Source: a candidate division WOR-3 bacterium
GTDB lineage: Bacteria > Hydrothermota > Hydrothermia > B15-G9 > WFZT01
Direction: 5' to 3'
DNA length: 30,342 nucleotides
Assembly: GCA_027053075.1 (NCBI GenBank)
Contig: JALUEE010000089.1
Location: 1 to 30,342, forward strand
Part shown: positions 18,011-27,313 of the stretch, in pieces
Layout: each line of letters opens with the position of its first letter
Position numbering within the stretch: position 1 is the stretch's first letter
Program-made: the position numbers and the translations under genes
The notes under the pieces: generated by a model
Databases searched by the model: none
What the model was told of the DNA's origin: nothing
What the model saw: only the letters and a program-made list of their open reading frames with translations

Positions 18011-19630
18011 ATGAAATATCTCTTGTTAGTATTATTGGGAGTCGTGTGGGGTGGTGAAATCTCCCACCATCTATCAGGAATTCCCGCCGCAGAAAGGGGG
18101 AACATCTCTATTTACCTTGCCTCTCAAAATCCAGATGTTTCAAAAACACTGAAAGATGCCAGTGAGCTATGGAATAGAGGCTCTTATGAAAAGGCGATTG
18201 AACTGATAAATAGAGCAGAGAAGGTTGACCCAGACATTATTCTTGGAAAGGAATATAGAGACCCCGCATCCACAATGAGATGGGGTAATGAGGTTCTATT
18301 GAACCAATACCCCTGGAAAAGTCGAACCCTTGAACTTGTGCGTAATCCAAACACGGGCAATCTATTCATGGCAATAAAGGCAGATACTGGAACTGGAAGC
18401 AGTAAAAGATACTTCGCACAACTATTTTTCTCAAACGATGGAGGAGAAACCTGGAGTAGAACGGCGAGCTGGACTATTCCCAATGGAACGAAGTTAAATT
18501 CCTATAACATCGCAGAGCTCGATACCTTTATCTACATGGTTCAGGCATGGAATGGAAGGGATGTTTTCTTCGTGAGATACAATGCAAATACGGGGCATTT
18601 TGATAACTCTTATGGAGCCCATTATGTCATTTCACCATCAGATACCATTAAAGAAATAGTGATTGAACCTAACAGGTACTTTCATAACACCCTTTACATT
18701 GCATTTATCACGATGGATCATAATCTATTCTATTATTATTCAGCTGACCCATACACCTCATGGCAAGAGATAAACACAGGAGTAACAAATGCTTATAAAG
18801 GACTAGACGCAAGTTACGGGTACACACCTTCCTCGGGACATTACATCTGGCTATCTTACATCAACACAAATGACAGCCTGGATGTCCTCGCGAGAGCAAA
18901 TGGTAGCTGGGATACTCACCTGGGACTATCAGCGGCAGAGCCACATCCAACCTCAATTGCCATGCACGGTGATACTGTTATAGTTCTTTTCGCATACCAG
19001 TATGCGAGCCATGTGGGGATAAGATACAAAATATCTTATAACGACGGGGGACACTGGTACTACGGAACATTTAACGCTACAGATGACACAGTGTATGTGA
19101 GTGATGTTACCGGTAACGGAAATAACGGATGGAACGTTATTTACACATCCTATCATTATTTGTCGGCGTCTGAGGATGTTAAATATCTGCACAGAGGGTA
19201 TGGTTCCGGGCAATGGTCTTCTCCTCTTACCTTAAATAGTCATGATGCGATGACGACGTATAAACCCGTGATTGAGTACATTGGAGGTGGAAACTATGGT
19301 GTTGCCTATGTAGCTGATAACTATGATGTTTATTTTAACAGATCCGACTGGGTCGATGTTGCCGAGCCCCCCGTAAATGTGGAAAAACCATTCTCATTTA
19401 TGGCAGTGACAGAAGGAAGAGTCGCCACACTGGAATTTACTTTAAAGACTTCAGGAATTGCAAACGTCAGGATTTACAACGTGTCTGGCTCTCTCATCAA
19501 ATCCTATACAGTTTCTGCTCATGATGGAGTGAACAGAATAGCTTTCAATGCCCGGATGCCCGGTGTATATATTGCGAGACTCGAATTCAAGGGGAGAGTA
19601 GCTGGTACTAAATTTGTTTTGTTGAAGTGA
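18011..19630 (+). CDS. Secreted Asp-box (BNR) beta-propeller protein with T9SS type-A-like C-terminal sorting domain
   Basis: Signal peptide MKYLLLVLLGVVWG; FSNDGGETW and SYNDGGHW Asp-boxes; C-terminal VRIYNVSGSLIK...PGVYIARL...KFVLLK. GGAGG SD favours ATG 18011. Confidence 0.8.
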   Translation: MKYLLLVLLGVVWGGEISHHLSGIPAAERGNISIYLASQNPDVSKTLKDASELWNRGSYEKAIELINRAEKVDPDIILGKEYRDPASTMRWGNEVLLNQYPWKSRTLELVRNPNTGNLFMAIKADTGTGSSKRYFAQLFFSNDGGETWSRTASWTIPNGTKLNSYNIAELDTFIYMVQAWNGRDVFFVRYNANTGHFDNSYGAHYVISPSDTIKEIVIEPNRYFHNTLYIAFITMDHNLFYYYSADPYTSWQEINTGVTNAYKGLDASYGYTPSSGHYIWLSYINTNDSLDVLARANGSWDTHLGLSAAEPHPTSIAMHGDTVIVLFAYQYASHVGIRYKISYNDGGHWYYGTFNATDDTVYVSDVTGNGNNGWNVIYTSYHYLSASEDVKYLHRGYGSGQWSSPLTLNSHDAMTTYKPVIEYIGGGNYGVAYVADNYDVYFNRSDWVDVAEPPVNVEKPFSFMAVTEGRVATLEFTLKTSGIANVRIYNVSGSLIKSYTVSAHDGVNRIAFNARMPGVYIARLEFKGRVAGTKFVLLK

Positions 19631-19675
19631 AAGGAGTGGGTGTGCCCGCCTTCGGCGGGCACACCCACTCCTTTC
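19629..19675. terminator. Bidirectional terminator-like perfect 22-bp hairpin between convergent genes
   Basis: GAAAGGAGTGGGTGTGCCCGCC-TTC-GGCGGGCACACCCACTCCTTTC, overlapping the stop at 19628-19630. Confidence 0.7.
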
Positions 19676-19713
19676 TCTCCTTCAAGCCCCCTTTGTCACA
19701 GAAATCTCTGAAT

Positions 19714-20400
19714 TTATTTCCTCAGCACTCCCGAGTAAATATAAGCAATACCAAAGCTCAGGCGAGTAGCTTTAACGTCCTGGAACCCCTTCTTTTGCAG
19801 CAAATCATTCATCTGAACCGGCGTCAGGAAAGCCCTGATAGAGACAGCAAGCTCCTTATAGTCCTCCTTAACGCCGGCGATTATATCTCCTACAACGGGC
19901 ATTATGTATCTCAGGTATATCCAGTAAAAGAAGCCGAAAATATTCTTCTCAGGAGGTGCAAACTCGAGAATAAAGACTCTCCCCCCGGGCTTTAAAACCC
20001 TTACCATTTCATCAATTGCCCTGCTGTAATCAGGCAAGTTTCTTAGGCCAAACCCAATAGTAACGACATCCACAGAGGAATTCCTCACGGGCAGGAGTAA
20101 TGCATCTCCAATTATGAGGGAAAATCTGTGCCCAGTTTTCCTCATCTTTTCCCGGGCCACGTCTAACATTTCAACTGAGATATCGAGCCCAATAGGTTTT
20201 GCCTCAGATTTTTTGGCTACCTCAAGGGCTATATCACCGGTTCCTGTACAGAGATCAAGAACCACCTCATCCTTTTTAGGTGATATCAACTTCAAAAGCT
20301 TCTTACGCCACAAAACATCAATGTACAGACTGAAGAAATGATTCAAAAAATCATACTTCTCTGCTATCTTCTTATAAATTTGCTCCGCATTGTTTACCAT
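19714..20400 (-). CDS. menG: UbiE/MenG family (demethylmenaquinone) methyltransferase
   Basis: IAEKYDFLNHFFSL.ID..WR, VLDLCTGTGD, GDALLLP, TIGFGLRNL, RVLKPGG, ILEF. Confidence 0.9.
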   Translation of the reverse strand: MVNNAEQIYKKIAEKYDFLNHFFSLYIDVLWRKKLLKLISPKKDEVVLDLCTGTGDIALEVAKKSEAKPIGLDISVEMLDVAREKMRKTGHRFSLIIGDALLLPVRNSSVDVVTIGFGLRNLPDYSRAIDEMVRVLKPGGRVFILEFAPPEKNIFGFFYWIYLRYIMPVVGDIIAGVKEDYKELAVSIRAFLTPVQMNDLLQKKGFQDVKATRLSFGIAYIYSGVLRK

Positions 20401-20485
20401 AATGAGGGCGAAAATTATACTGGATTCGTGTAGAATTAACTAATTCCAGCGCCACACCAGGGTCCATTAAAACTGGCTTCTCGAC

Positions 20486-20514
20486 TTGCATTCAAAATTT
20501 CAGGCGGATATAAT
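20486..20514 (+). promoter_or_regulatory. Sigma70-type promoter of the cmk operon
   Basis: TTGCAT(20486-20491)-17-TATAAT(20509-20514), 12 nt before ATG 20527; no SD. Confidence 0.65.
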
Positions 20515-20526
20515 GTAATCCAACCT

Positions 20527-21210
20527 ATGAAAAACCTCACCATTGCTATAGATGGTCCCGCTGCATCGGGTAAGTCTACCACTGCAAAACTGGTCGCGAG
20601 AAGACTCGGTCTAACGCCCATTGATACGGGAGCCATGTATAGGGCAGTGACTCTTAAAGTTTTACGGCTCGGGATAAACCCTGAAGATGAAGCAAAAGTT
20701 GTCGAAGTGGCAAATAAGACCGATATCTGGCAGGAGTGCAAGAATGGAGTGTTGAAAACTTACATGGACGGTGAAGACGTTTCAGAGGAAATTCGAACTC
20801 CTGAAGTCTCAAGGTATGTTTCCGTTGTTGCAAAATACCCGGGGGTGAGAAAACACCTCGTGGAGATTCAGCGAAAACTGGCAAAACAGGGAGGCGTGGT
20901 GGTTGAAGGCAGGGACATCGGCACCTACGTGCTGCCGGATGCGGACATTAAAGTTTTTATGAAGGCATCGCTTGAGGAACGGGTGAGAAGGAGACTCGCC
21001 GAGCTCAAGGCCAAAGGTGTAAAAGTATCAGCCGAGGAGATCAGAAAAGAACTCGAGACAAGGGATAGGATAGACTCATCCCGCGCCTTTGCACCACTTA
21101 AGCCCGCGGAGGATGCATTCGTAATTGATACAACAAACCTGACCATAGAGCAGCAGGTTGAAAAAATTATCCAAAAGGTGCACGAGAAATTCGGAGACGA
21201 AGACCCGTGA
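20527..21210 (+). CDS. cmk: Cytidylate kinase
   Basis: IAIDGPAASGKST, DTGAMYRA, VEGRDIGT.VLPDA, RDRIDSSR..APL. Confidence 0.97.
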   Translation: MKNLTIAIDGPAASGKSTTAKLVARRLGLTPIDTGAMYRAVTLKVLRLGINPEDEAKVVEVANKTDIWQECKNGVLKTYMDGEDVSEEIRTPEVSRYVSVVAKYPGVRKHLVEIQRKLAKQGGVVVEGRDIGTYVLPDADIKVFMKASLEERVRRRLAELKAKGVKVSAEEIRKELETRDRIDSSRAFAPLKPAEDAFVIDTTNLTIEQQVEKIIQKVHEKFGDEDP

Positions 21211-21214
21211 AGTC

Positions 21215-21814
21215 ATGAAATGGGGTTTTGCATGGCTGATCCTCTACCCATTGTTCAAAGCTCTTTTTGGGATGAGGATTGAAGGCACTGAGAATGTTAG
21301 GAGGAAGAAGAGAGTGATAATAGCGCCCAATCATATTTCATCCTGGGACCCACCGCTTGTGGGTGTGGCATCGCCGAGAGAGCTGTATTTTCTTGCCAAA
21401 GAGGACCTATTTATTCCCAATGCTCTTTTCAGATGGCTAATCACCACCTACAATGCCATACCGATAAAAAGGGAAACTGGTGGAAAAGATGCGCTAAAAA
21501 AAGCTCTTAAACTTCTTAAAGAGGAAAAGGCAGTGGTAATATTTCCGGAGGGAACAAGAAACAAAACAGAAAAAGAGCTCCTACCTTTCAAGGAAGGTGT
21601 GGCTTTACTTGCGATAAAGACCAATTCTCCTGTGGTTCCAACCTGCGTTAAGGGGCCACGGAGACCGTTCTGGACGTGGGTCTTGAGAAAAGAACAGTTA
21701 AAGGTTAAATTTGGTAAACCTCTGTACCCGTCAAACTTTAAAGGGAAAGATGGGATGCACAGGCTTACTGAAGAAATTGAAAAATCTATAAGGAGGATGC
21801 TTCACGAGAAATGA
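21215..21814 (+). CDS. plsC: 1-acyl-sn-glycerol-3-phosphate acyltransferase
   Basis: NHISSWDPP (HX4D), FLAKEDLF, FPEGTR. Start placed at ATG 21215. Confidence 0.92.
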   Translation: MKWGFAWLILYPLFKALFGMRIEGTENVRRKKRVIIAPNHISSWDPPLVGVASPRELYFLAKEDLFIPNALFRWLITTYNAIPIKRETGGKDALKKALKLLKEEKAVVIFPEGTRNKTEKELLPFKEGVALLAIKTNSPVVPTCVKGPRRPFWTWVLRKEQLKVKFGKPLYPSNFKGKDGMHRLTEEIEKSIRRMLHEK

Positions 21815-22656
21815 TCATTGAAGTTGCCGAAGACGCTGGGTTCTGCTACGGAGTCCAGCGTGCATTAAACATGATTAACAGAGCAATCGAGAAGGGAGAG
21901 AAGTTTGATACCCTCGGCCCCATTATTCATAACTCGATTGTAGTGAAAAGTTTAGAGGAAAAGGGCATAAGAGCTGTAAATTCCCTTGATGAATCTGACA
22001 AAAAAACAATTTTCATAAGGACGCACGGTGTGCCTCCAGAAGTTATTGAAGAGGCGAAAAATAAAGGATTTAAGGTAATTGACGCTACATGCCCTATTGT
22101 CTATAATGCACAACTATCAGCGAAAAAACTTTACGATGAGGGTTACATCGTAGTCATCGTGGGGAAAAAAGATCATCCAGAGGTTCAGGGAATTCTCGGT
22201 TTTGTTGAAAACAACGCACTGGTAATTGACAACCCGGAGGATGTGAAAAAGTATAATTTCGAGGGTAAACGGGTCGGCGTGCTCGCTCAGACAACTTCTC
22301 GATTCGATGTCTTTGGCGATGTTGTGAGAGAGATCCTTAAGTATGCAAAAGAGATCAAGGCGATAAACACAAGGTGCTATGTGACAGAGACCAGGCAGGA
22401 CCTGACAGCAGAGCTTGCAAGGAGATCAGATGTGATGATTATCGTCGGCGGCAAAAATAGTTCTAACACAAAAAGGCTCTTTGAAGTCAGCAAGATGCAG
22501 GGAGCAAGGAGCTATCATATAGAGAGTCCAGACGAGTTGAAACCTGAATGGTTTGGAGGTGTTGAAAGGGTGGGAATTTCAGCAGGCGCCTCTACACCAC
22601 CCTGGATCGTTGACGAAGTGGTGGAGAAAATAAAATCTTTTACAAAGGAGGTTTAA
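21811..22656 (+). CDS. ispH: 4-hydroxy-3-methylbut-2-enyl diphosphate reductase
   Basis: AGFCYGV.RA, IIHN, HGV, DATCP, HPEV, QTT, NTRC..T..RQ, SSNT, SAGASTP. Confidence 0.96.
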   Translation: MIIEVAEDAGFCYGVQRALNMINRAIEKGEKFDTLGPIIHNSIVVKSLEEKGIRAVNSLDESDKKTIFIRTHGVPPEVIEEAKNKGFKVIDATCPIVYNAQLSAKKLYDEGYIVVIVGKKDHPEVQGILGFVENNALVIDNPEDVKKYNFEGKRVGVLAQTTSRFDVFGDVVREILKYAKEIKAINTRCYVTETRQDLTAELARRSDVMIIVGGKNSSNTKRLFEVSKMQGARSYHIESPDELKPEWFGGVERVGISAGASTPPWIVDEVVEKIKSFTKEV

Positions 22657-22663
22657 GGATAGT

Positions 22664-24400
22664 ATGAAGGAGATGGAAAGGGCAAATAACGTGACAGAGG
22701 AACCCAAAAACCCGAAAGGAGGTGATGAAATAGGATTCGTTGAGTTGTTGGAGGAAAAGCTAAACCCTCCCAAAGAGGGAGAAATAGTAAAAGGTACGAT
22801 TGTAAAGGTCGTGCAGGATGAGGTTTACATTGACATAGGTGCAAAGTCAGAAGGAGTTGCACCTAAATCCGAGTTCAAAGAGGAAGAACTCGAGCCCGGG
22901 AAAGAGGTATTCGTTTACATAGACGCCCTTGATGGAAGAGATGGCAGAACCATAGTCTCCAAGCACAAGGCGGACTTTCTGCGTGCATGGGATAAAATAA
23001 AGGAGGCTTACCAGTCCAATCAGACCATCGAAGCCAAAGTGTTAAGAACAGTGAAAGGTGGTCTGATGGTCGAGGTCTTTGGAGTAAACGCCTTCCTGCC
23101 GGGATCACAGCTCGATCTCACAAGAGTTAAAAATATCCCGTCCTACGTAGGTAAAACCATACCTGTCAAAGTCATCAAGATCAACAAGGCACGCAAAAAC
23201 ATCGTGGTTTCCCGCCGCGAAGTGCTCCTCGAGGAGCAGGAAAAGCTCCGTCAGAAGCTTATGGAAATTCGCCCGGGCGATGTCATCGAAGGTGTCGTGA
23301 AGAACGTAACAGACTTTGGCGCATTCGTTGATATTGGTGGTATTGACGGTCTGATTTACATTTCTGAGCTCTCCTGGACAAAAATCGGACATCCCTCTGA
23401 GGTGGTCAAGCCTGGAGATAAAGTGAAGGTAAAGGTTCTCGAGGTTGACCCTGAAAATATGAAAATTTCTCTGAGCCTCAAGCTCTTACAGCCACATCCG
23501 TGGGAAAAGGTCAAAGAAAAGTATCCAGTTGGCACAACTGTTCGCGGAACTGTTAAGAAAATCATTGACTACGGAATTTTTGTGGAGCTCGAACCGGGTA
23601 TCGAGGGATTCGTTCACATTTCTGAGATGAAATGGGGTAAACCCCCGAGACATCCATCTGAGGTGGTGAAGGAAGGTGCTCGTGTCGATGTAGTCGTGCT
23701 TAACGTGGATATCGAGAAACAGAGAATTTCCCTCGGTATGAAACAGGCCCAGCCTGATCCGTGGGCACTTATCGAGGAAAAGTATCCTGTAGGTAGCATC
23801 GTTAAGGGTGTCGTAAAAGAGTTTGAAAACTACGGGGCCTACATCGAGCTTGAGGATGGCATTGAAGGATTCCTGCACGTTGCGGATATTTCATGGACTC
23901 AGAAATTTGCCAAGCCTGAAGAGGCGCTGAGAAAAGGCCAGAAACTTAGACTCAAGGTTTTAAAAATTGACAAGAAGAAGAGACTACTCGATCTTGGACT
24001 GAAGCACCTCTCACCCAATCCATGGGATGAAATTGAGGCAAAAATACCGCCTGGCACACACCTCAAGGCTCCTATCAAGCAGATCACCGATAAAGGTGTC
24101 GTAGTCGAGGTTGATAAGGGACTTGACGGCTTTGTAGCTGTCTCCCATCTGCAGAAAAAAGGTGACCCTGCGAAAAATTATCAGGTTGGAGAAGAGCTCA
24201 ACCTGCAGGTTATGAAGATTGAGCCAAAACGTAAGAGAATTCTGCTTTCTGAGAGGGAGTACTACAGGGCCAAAGAGAAAGAAGAGGTCGCCAGGTACAA
24301 GCCCGAGCCTGCAAAGATTAACCTTGGTGAAATTCTGCAGGCTGAGCTTCAGAGAATCGAGGAGCTCAAGGAAGAGGAAGAGAAGTCTCAGGAAGAGTAA
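22664..24400 (+). CDS. rpsA: 30S ribosomal protein S1
   Basis: Six S1 repeats (DIGAKSEG, AFLPGSQ, DFGAFVDIGGIDGL, DYGIFVELEPGIEG, etc.). Confidence 0.97.
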   Translation: MKEMERANNVTEEPKNPKGGDEIGFVELLEEKLNPPKEGEIVKGTIVKVVQDEVYIDIGAKSEGVAPKSEFKEEELEPGKEVFVYIDALDGRDGRTIVSKHKADFLRAWDKIKEAYQSNQTIEAKVLRTVKGGLMVEVFGVNAFLPGSQLDLTRVKNIPSYVGKTIPVKVIKINKARKNIVVSRREVLLEEQEKLRQKLMEIRPGDVIEGVVKNVTDFGAFVDIGGIDGLIYISELSWTKIGHPSEVVKPGDKVKVKVLEVDPENMKISLSLKLLQPHPWEKVKEKYPVGTTVRGTVKKIIDYGIFVELEPGIEGFVHISEMKWGKPPRHPSEVVKEGARVDVVVLNVDIEKQRISLGMKQAQPDPWALIEEKYPVGSIVKGVVKEFENYGAYIELEDGIEGFLHVADISWTQKFAKPEEALRKGQKLRLKVLKIDKKKRLLDLGLKHLSPNPWDEIEAKIPPGTHLKAPIKQITDKGVVVEVDKGLDGFVAVSHLQKKGDPAKNYQVGEELNLQVMKIEPKRKRILLSEREYYRAKEKEEVARYKPEPAKINLGEILQAELQRIEELKEEEEKSQEE

Positions 24401-24449
24401 GGCCTGACCGGCGAAAGAGAGTAATTTAAAACCTTTAAGGAGGCTAAAA

Positions 24450-25091
24450 ATGCTTGGGACAGTACTGCTGATGGTGCAGTTAAGTATATCGCCGGTCAGT
24501 GCAGATAGCGTGCTTCAAAAGGCCATGAACGCCTTTGAGGCACTGCACGATTATCAGACCACCCTCGTGAGCCACATGATAAAAGGGAAAAAGAAAGAAG
24601 ACCGCGTCTACCTATACAAGTTCATGAAACCCCACTGGATTTACATGAAGGTGATCAAAGGAAAAGACAAGGGAGCTGAAATTGTCTATAATCCGATTAC
24701 CAAAAAGATTCGCGCGCACAAGGGTGGCCTATTATCAAAGATAAAACTCACACTTGACCCGACAGATAAAAAAGTTCTTTCCTTAAGAGGTCACCGCGTG
24801 GATAGAACAGACTTCGGCTCCATCCTCTCACAGTGGCTAAAGGTGAAGGATAAGGTTAAAGTCGTAGGAATCGGCGGTAGAGTTGACGGCATAGAGTGCA
24901 CCGTCCTCGAGGCGGACAATCTGAATCCGGCTGAGTGGCATGGGGCTAATAGAGCAAAACTCTATATCAGGACCGACAACAACCTACCTTACGTGAGAGA
25001 GGAATACGAGGGTGATAAGCTTGTACACAGAGCTATTTACAAAGACCTCAAAATTAATGTGGGATTGACTGAGGATGATTTTAAAATGTAA
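24450..25091 (+). CDS. Exported LolA-like / DUF1571-like protein
   Basis: Signal peptide, DYQTTL, FMKP..IYMK, C-terminal YKDLKINVGLTEDDF typical of LolA-fold proteins; AAGGAGG SD. Confidence 0.7.
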   Translation: MLGTVLLMVQLSISPVSADSVLQKAMNAFEALHDYQTTLVSHMIKGKKKEDRVYLYKFMKPHWIYMKVIKGKDKGAEIVYNPITKKIRAHKGGLLSKIKLTLDPTDKKVLSLRGHRVDRTDFGSILSQWLKVKDKVKVVGIGGRVDGIECTVLEADNLNPAEWHGANRAKLYIRTDNNLPYVREEYEGDKLVHRAIYKDLKINVGLTEDDFKM

Positions 25092-25666
25092 TGCCCGCTC
25101 CTTCATACCTTCTTAAGCCTTTAATTTTTGCAATTTCCATCTTAATGATAGAGTGGGGAATCTTCCCCACTCTTTTTGTTTTTATCGCCCTCCTGAGTTT
25201 TCTTTCAGGGGCAAAATTCACCATATCCTGCCTGAAATTGACGCCATCCCCATCTTTATCAATTATAACAATCTCAGTGGTTCTCATTTCTGCCCTCATT
25301 GGTATCTTCACAAAAACATTAAATTTCATCACTCCCTGGTGGTATGTGCCTTACAGCCTTGTTTGGGCCATCTTTCAGGAGTTCATCATTTTTTGCTTCA
25401 TTTTCGAGAATTTTGAGTGGGCCTTCGCTGGAAAGCACACGGCCGTCTTCCTGACAGCGACAACTTTCGCAGTTTTCCACCTACCCAATCCTTTTCTTGT
25501 TCCGGCAACATTCATCATGAATCTCATTTTCTCAGGCTATTACAGAAGACACAGATCAATTCTGCTTCCCGGACTCCTCCATTTTGTTCTTGCGATAGCC
25601 GCATTTACCTTCTTACCATTTAGTCTTACTCATCAGCTCAAGGTGGGCATCCAGTGCTGCAGATAA
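25091..25666 (+). CDS. CPBP (CAAX/Abi) intramembrane protease-like protein with degenerate motifs
   Basis: Multi-TM; QEFIIF in place of EExxxR, FAVFHLP, R.RSILLPGLLH. Confidence 0.7.
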   Translation: MPAPSYLLKPLIFAISILMIEWGIFPTLFVFIALLSFLSGAKFTISCLKLTPSPSLSIITISVVLISALIGIFTKTLNFITPWWYVPYSLVWAIFQEFIIFCFIFENFEWAFAGKHTAVFLTATTFAVFHLPNPFLVPATFIMNLIFSGYYRRHRSILLPGLLHFVLAIAAFTFLPFSLTHQLKVGIQCCR

Positions 25667-26433
25667 TCGGTGCAATCCCATACTTTTTGATCTTTGTTCC
25701 CTGGTACAGACGGTGGATGGAGAAAAGATTCTCTTATCTGTGGTGCCTCGTATTCACCATTCCTGTTCTCCTATATTCCGTCACAGGATTCCTCCTGTTT
25801 GTCGCATTCTCCGTAGCCATTTTACTTGCGACGAAAATTCGGGATGAGAGACTGCGGGATGCAGTCTTATTCTTCCTTATCTGGCTTCCTGTCGAATTTA
25901 ACCTGCTTCCCATGACCGACCTGAATTCCGGCAGATTCATTGGCTACTTCGTCGTGCTCTCAATCTTCTCACACGTTCTGCTCTATAGGATTCGCCCTCA
26001 GGGTCTCGGCTTCACAATATTCCCGGTAAAATGGAAACTCGTGGGACTCGCCTATCTCGTGCTTTTCACAATAATTGCACCTATTGGCCTCAATACCGGC
26101 TTCATAGTTTTTCATCCCAGGCTCACGACCACCAATTTACTTTCCTTCTTCGCCATCTATTTTTTCGTGGCATATCCTGAAGAGATGCTCTTTCGCGCGT
26201 TTTTGTTCAAAATACTTAACCCCTTGAGTACAGCGTGGAAGATTGCCATTTCATCACTGATATTTGGACTTGCCCACTTCAACGGCCCCCACGGAGGACT
26301 TATTTACATGCTTCTTGCCACCATCGCCGGGGTTGGCTACGCTTACGTATTTGAAAAGTCAGGGGACGTTAACTCTTCTGCTCTTATTCACACCCTTGTT
26401 GACTACACATGGGTGTTATTTTTCGGTGGTTAG
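25654..26433 (+). CDS. CPBP (CAAX/Abi) intramembrane glutamic protease
   Basis: PEEMLFRA, SSLIFGLAH, ATIAG..YA, HTLVD. Confidence 0.88.
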   Translation: MLQIIGAIPYFLIFVPWYRRWMEKRFSYLWCLVFTIPVLLYSVTGFLLFVAFSVAILLATKIRDERLRDAVLFFLIWLPVEFNLLPMTDLNSGRFIGYFVVLSIFSHVLLYRIRPQGLGFTIFPVKWKLVGLAYLVLFTIIAPIGLNTGFIVFHPRLTTTNLLSFFAIYFFVAYPEEMLFRAFLFKILNPLSTAWKIAISSLIFGLAHFNGPHGGLIYMLLATIAGVGYAYVFEKSGDVNSSALIHTLVDYTWVLFFGG

Positions 26434-26452
26434 ATGGATTATAATTTGCACC

Positions 26453-27313
26453 GTGCTCAATTCCGAACTCATCTCTAAGGTAAAACCGCTAAGATTGAGG
26501 GCAAGGCTTATTGTAGAAGGATTCCTCACAGGACTCCACAAGAGCCCTTACCACGGATTTTCTGTTGAATTCAAGGACCACAGGAGCTACAACAAGGGAG
26601 ACGAGATACGCTGGATCGACTGGAAGGTGTATGCTCGAACCGACCGATTTTACGTAAGACGCTTTGAGGATGAAACCAACCTCATGGCATACATTCTCCT
26701 GGATAACTCCGCATCCATGGGATTTGTCAGGGAAAAATTCGAATACGCTGTGAACCTCGCCTCTGCAATCTCCTATCTCCTGTTTCTCCAGAGAGATGCC
26801 TTTGGACTTGCCGTTTTTAACGAGAAAATAGAGACCCTTGTGCCTCCACGCACATCAAGGGTAAACTTGAGCCACGTCATGTCCATTTTAGATGGGCTCA
26901 AAACCCATGGACAAACCGAGCTTTCGTCCTTTAGGGTGCTTGCAGAAAGGCTGAAGAAACGCGGACTCGTAGTTCTTATCTCTGACATGATGAAGGAGCC
27001 AGAGGAGATCATAACGGGCCTCAGAATGTTCCGCTATCGCAAGCATGAGGTCATCGCTTTCCAGATCCTTTCACCTGAAGAAACAAAGATTTCCGGCAGG
27101 GCAAGGGTCTTTGAAGACATGGAAACGGGTGAGCGAGTCCCATTTGACCCGGTTAATCTGCAGAACGAGTATCAGGAGCGTCTTAAAAACCATATCGAGC
27201 ACATCAAAAAGGAGCTCCGTAAAAGCAACATAGATTACGAATTTTTCCTTACTTCCGAGCCCATCGAGCTCGCTCTTTACAGATTTTTCAAGAAGAGGGA
27301 AAAACTGAGATGA
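26453..27313 (+). CDS. DUF58 / vWA domain protein (MoxR-associated family)
   Basis: GLHKSPYHGFSVEFKDHRSY.GD.IRWIDWKVYART, FEDETN, LDNSASM, VLISD. Start placed at GTG 26453; the longer ORF overlaps the upstream gene. Confidence 0.92.
   Translation: MLNSELISKVKPLRLRARLIVEGFLTGLHKSPYHGFSVEFKDHRSYNKGDEIRWIDWKVYARTDRFYVRRFEDETNLMAYILLDNSASMGFVREKFEYAVNLASAISYLLFLQRDAFGLAVFNEKIETLVPPRTSRVNLSHVMSILDGLKTHGQTELSSFRVLAERLKKRGLVVLISDMMKEPEEIITGLRMFRYRKHEVIAFQILSPEETKISGRARVFEDMETGERVPFDPVNLQNEYQERLKNHIEHIKKELRKSNIDYEFFLTSEPIELALYRFFKKREKLR

Noticed and set aside
19627..19995. 122-aa ORF after the secreted protein
   Set aside because: Runs through the hairpin and antisense to menG.
22864..24260. Internal repeats in rpsA
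   Set aside because: Explained by the normal S1 domain repeats.
26264..26452. N-terminal extension of the DUF58 ORF
   Set aside because: Lies within the CPBP gene in another frame; family-like sequence begins at GTG 26453.
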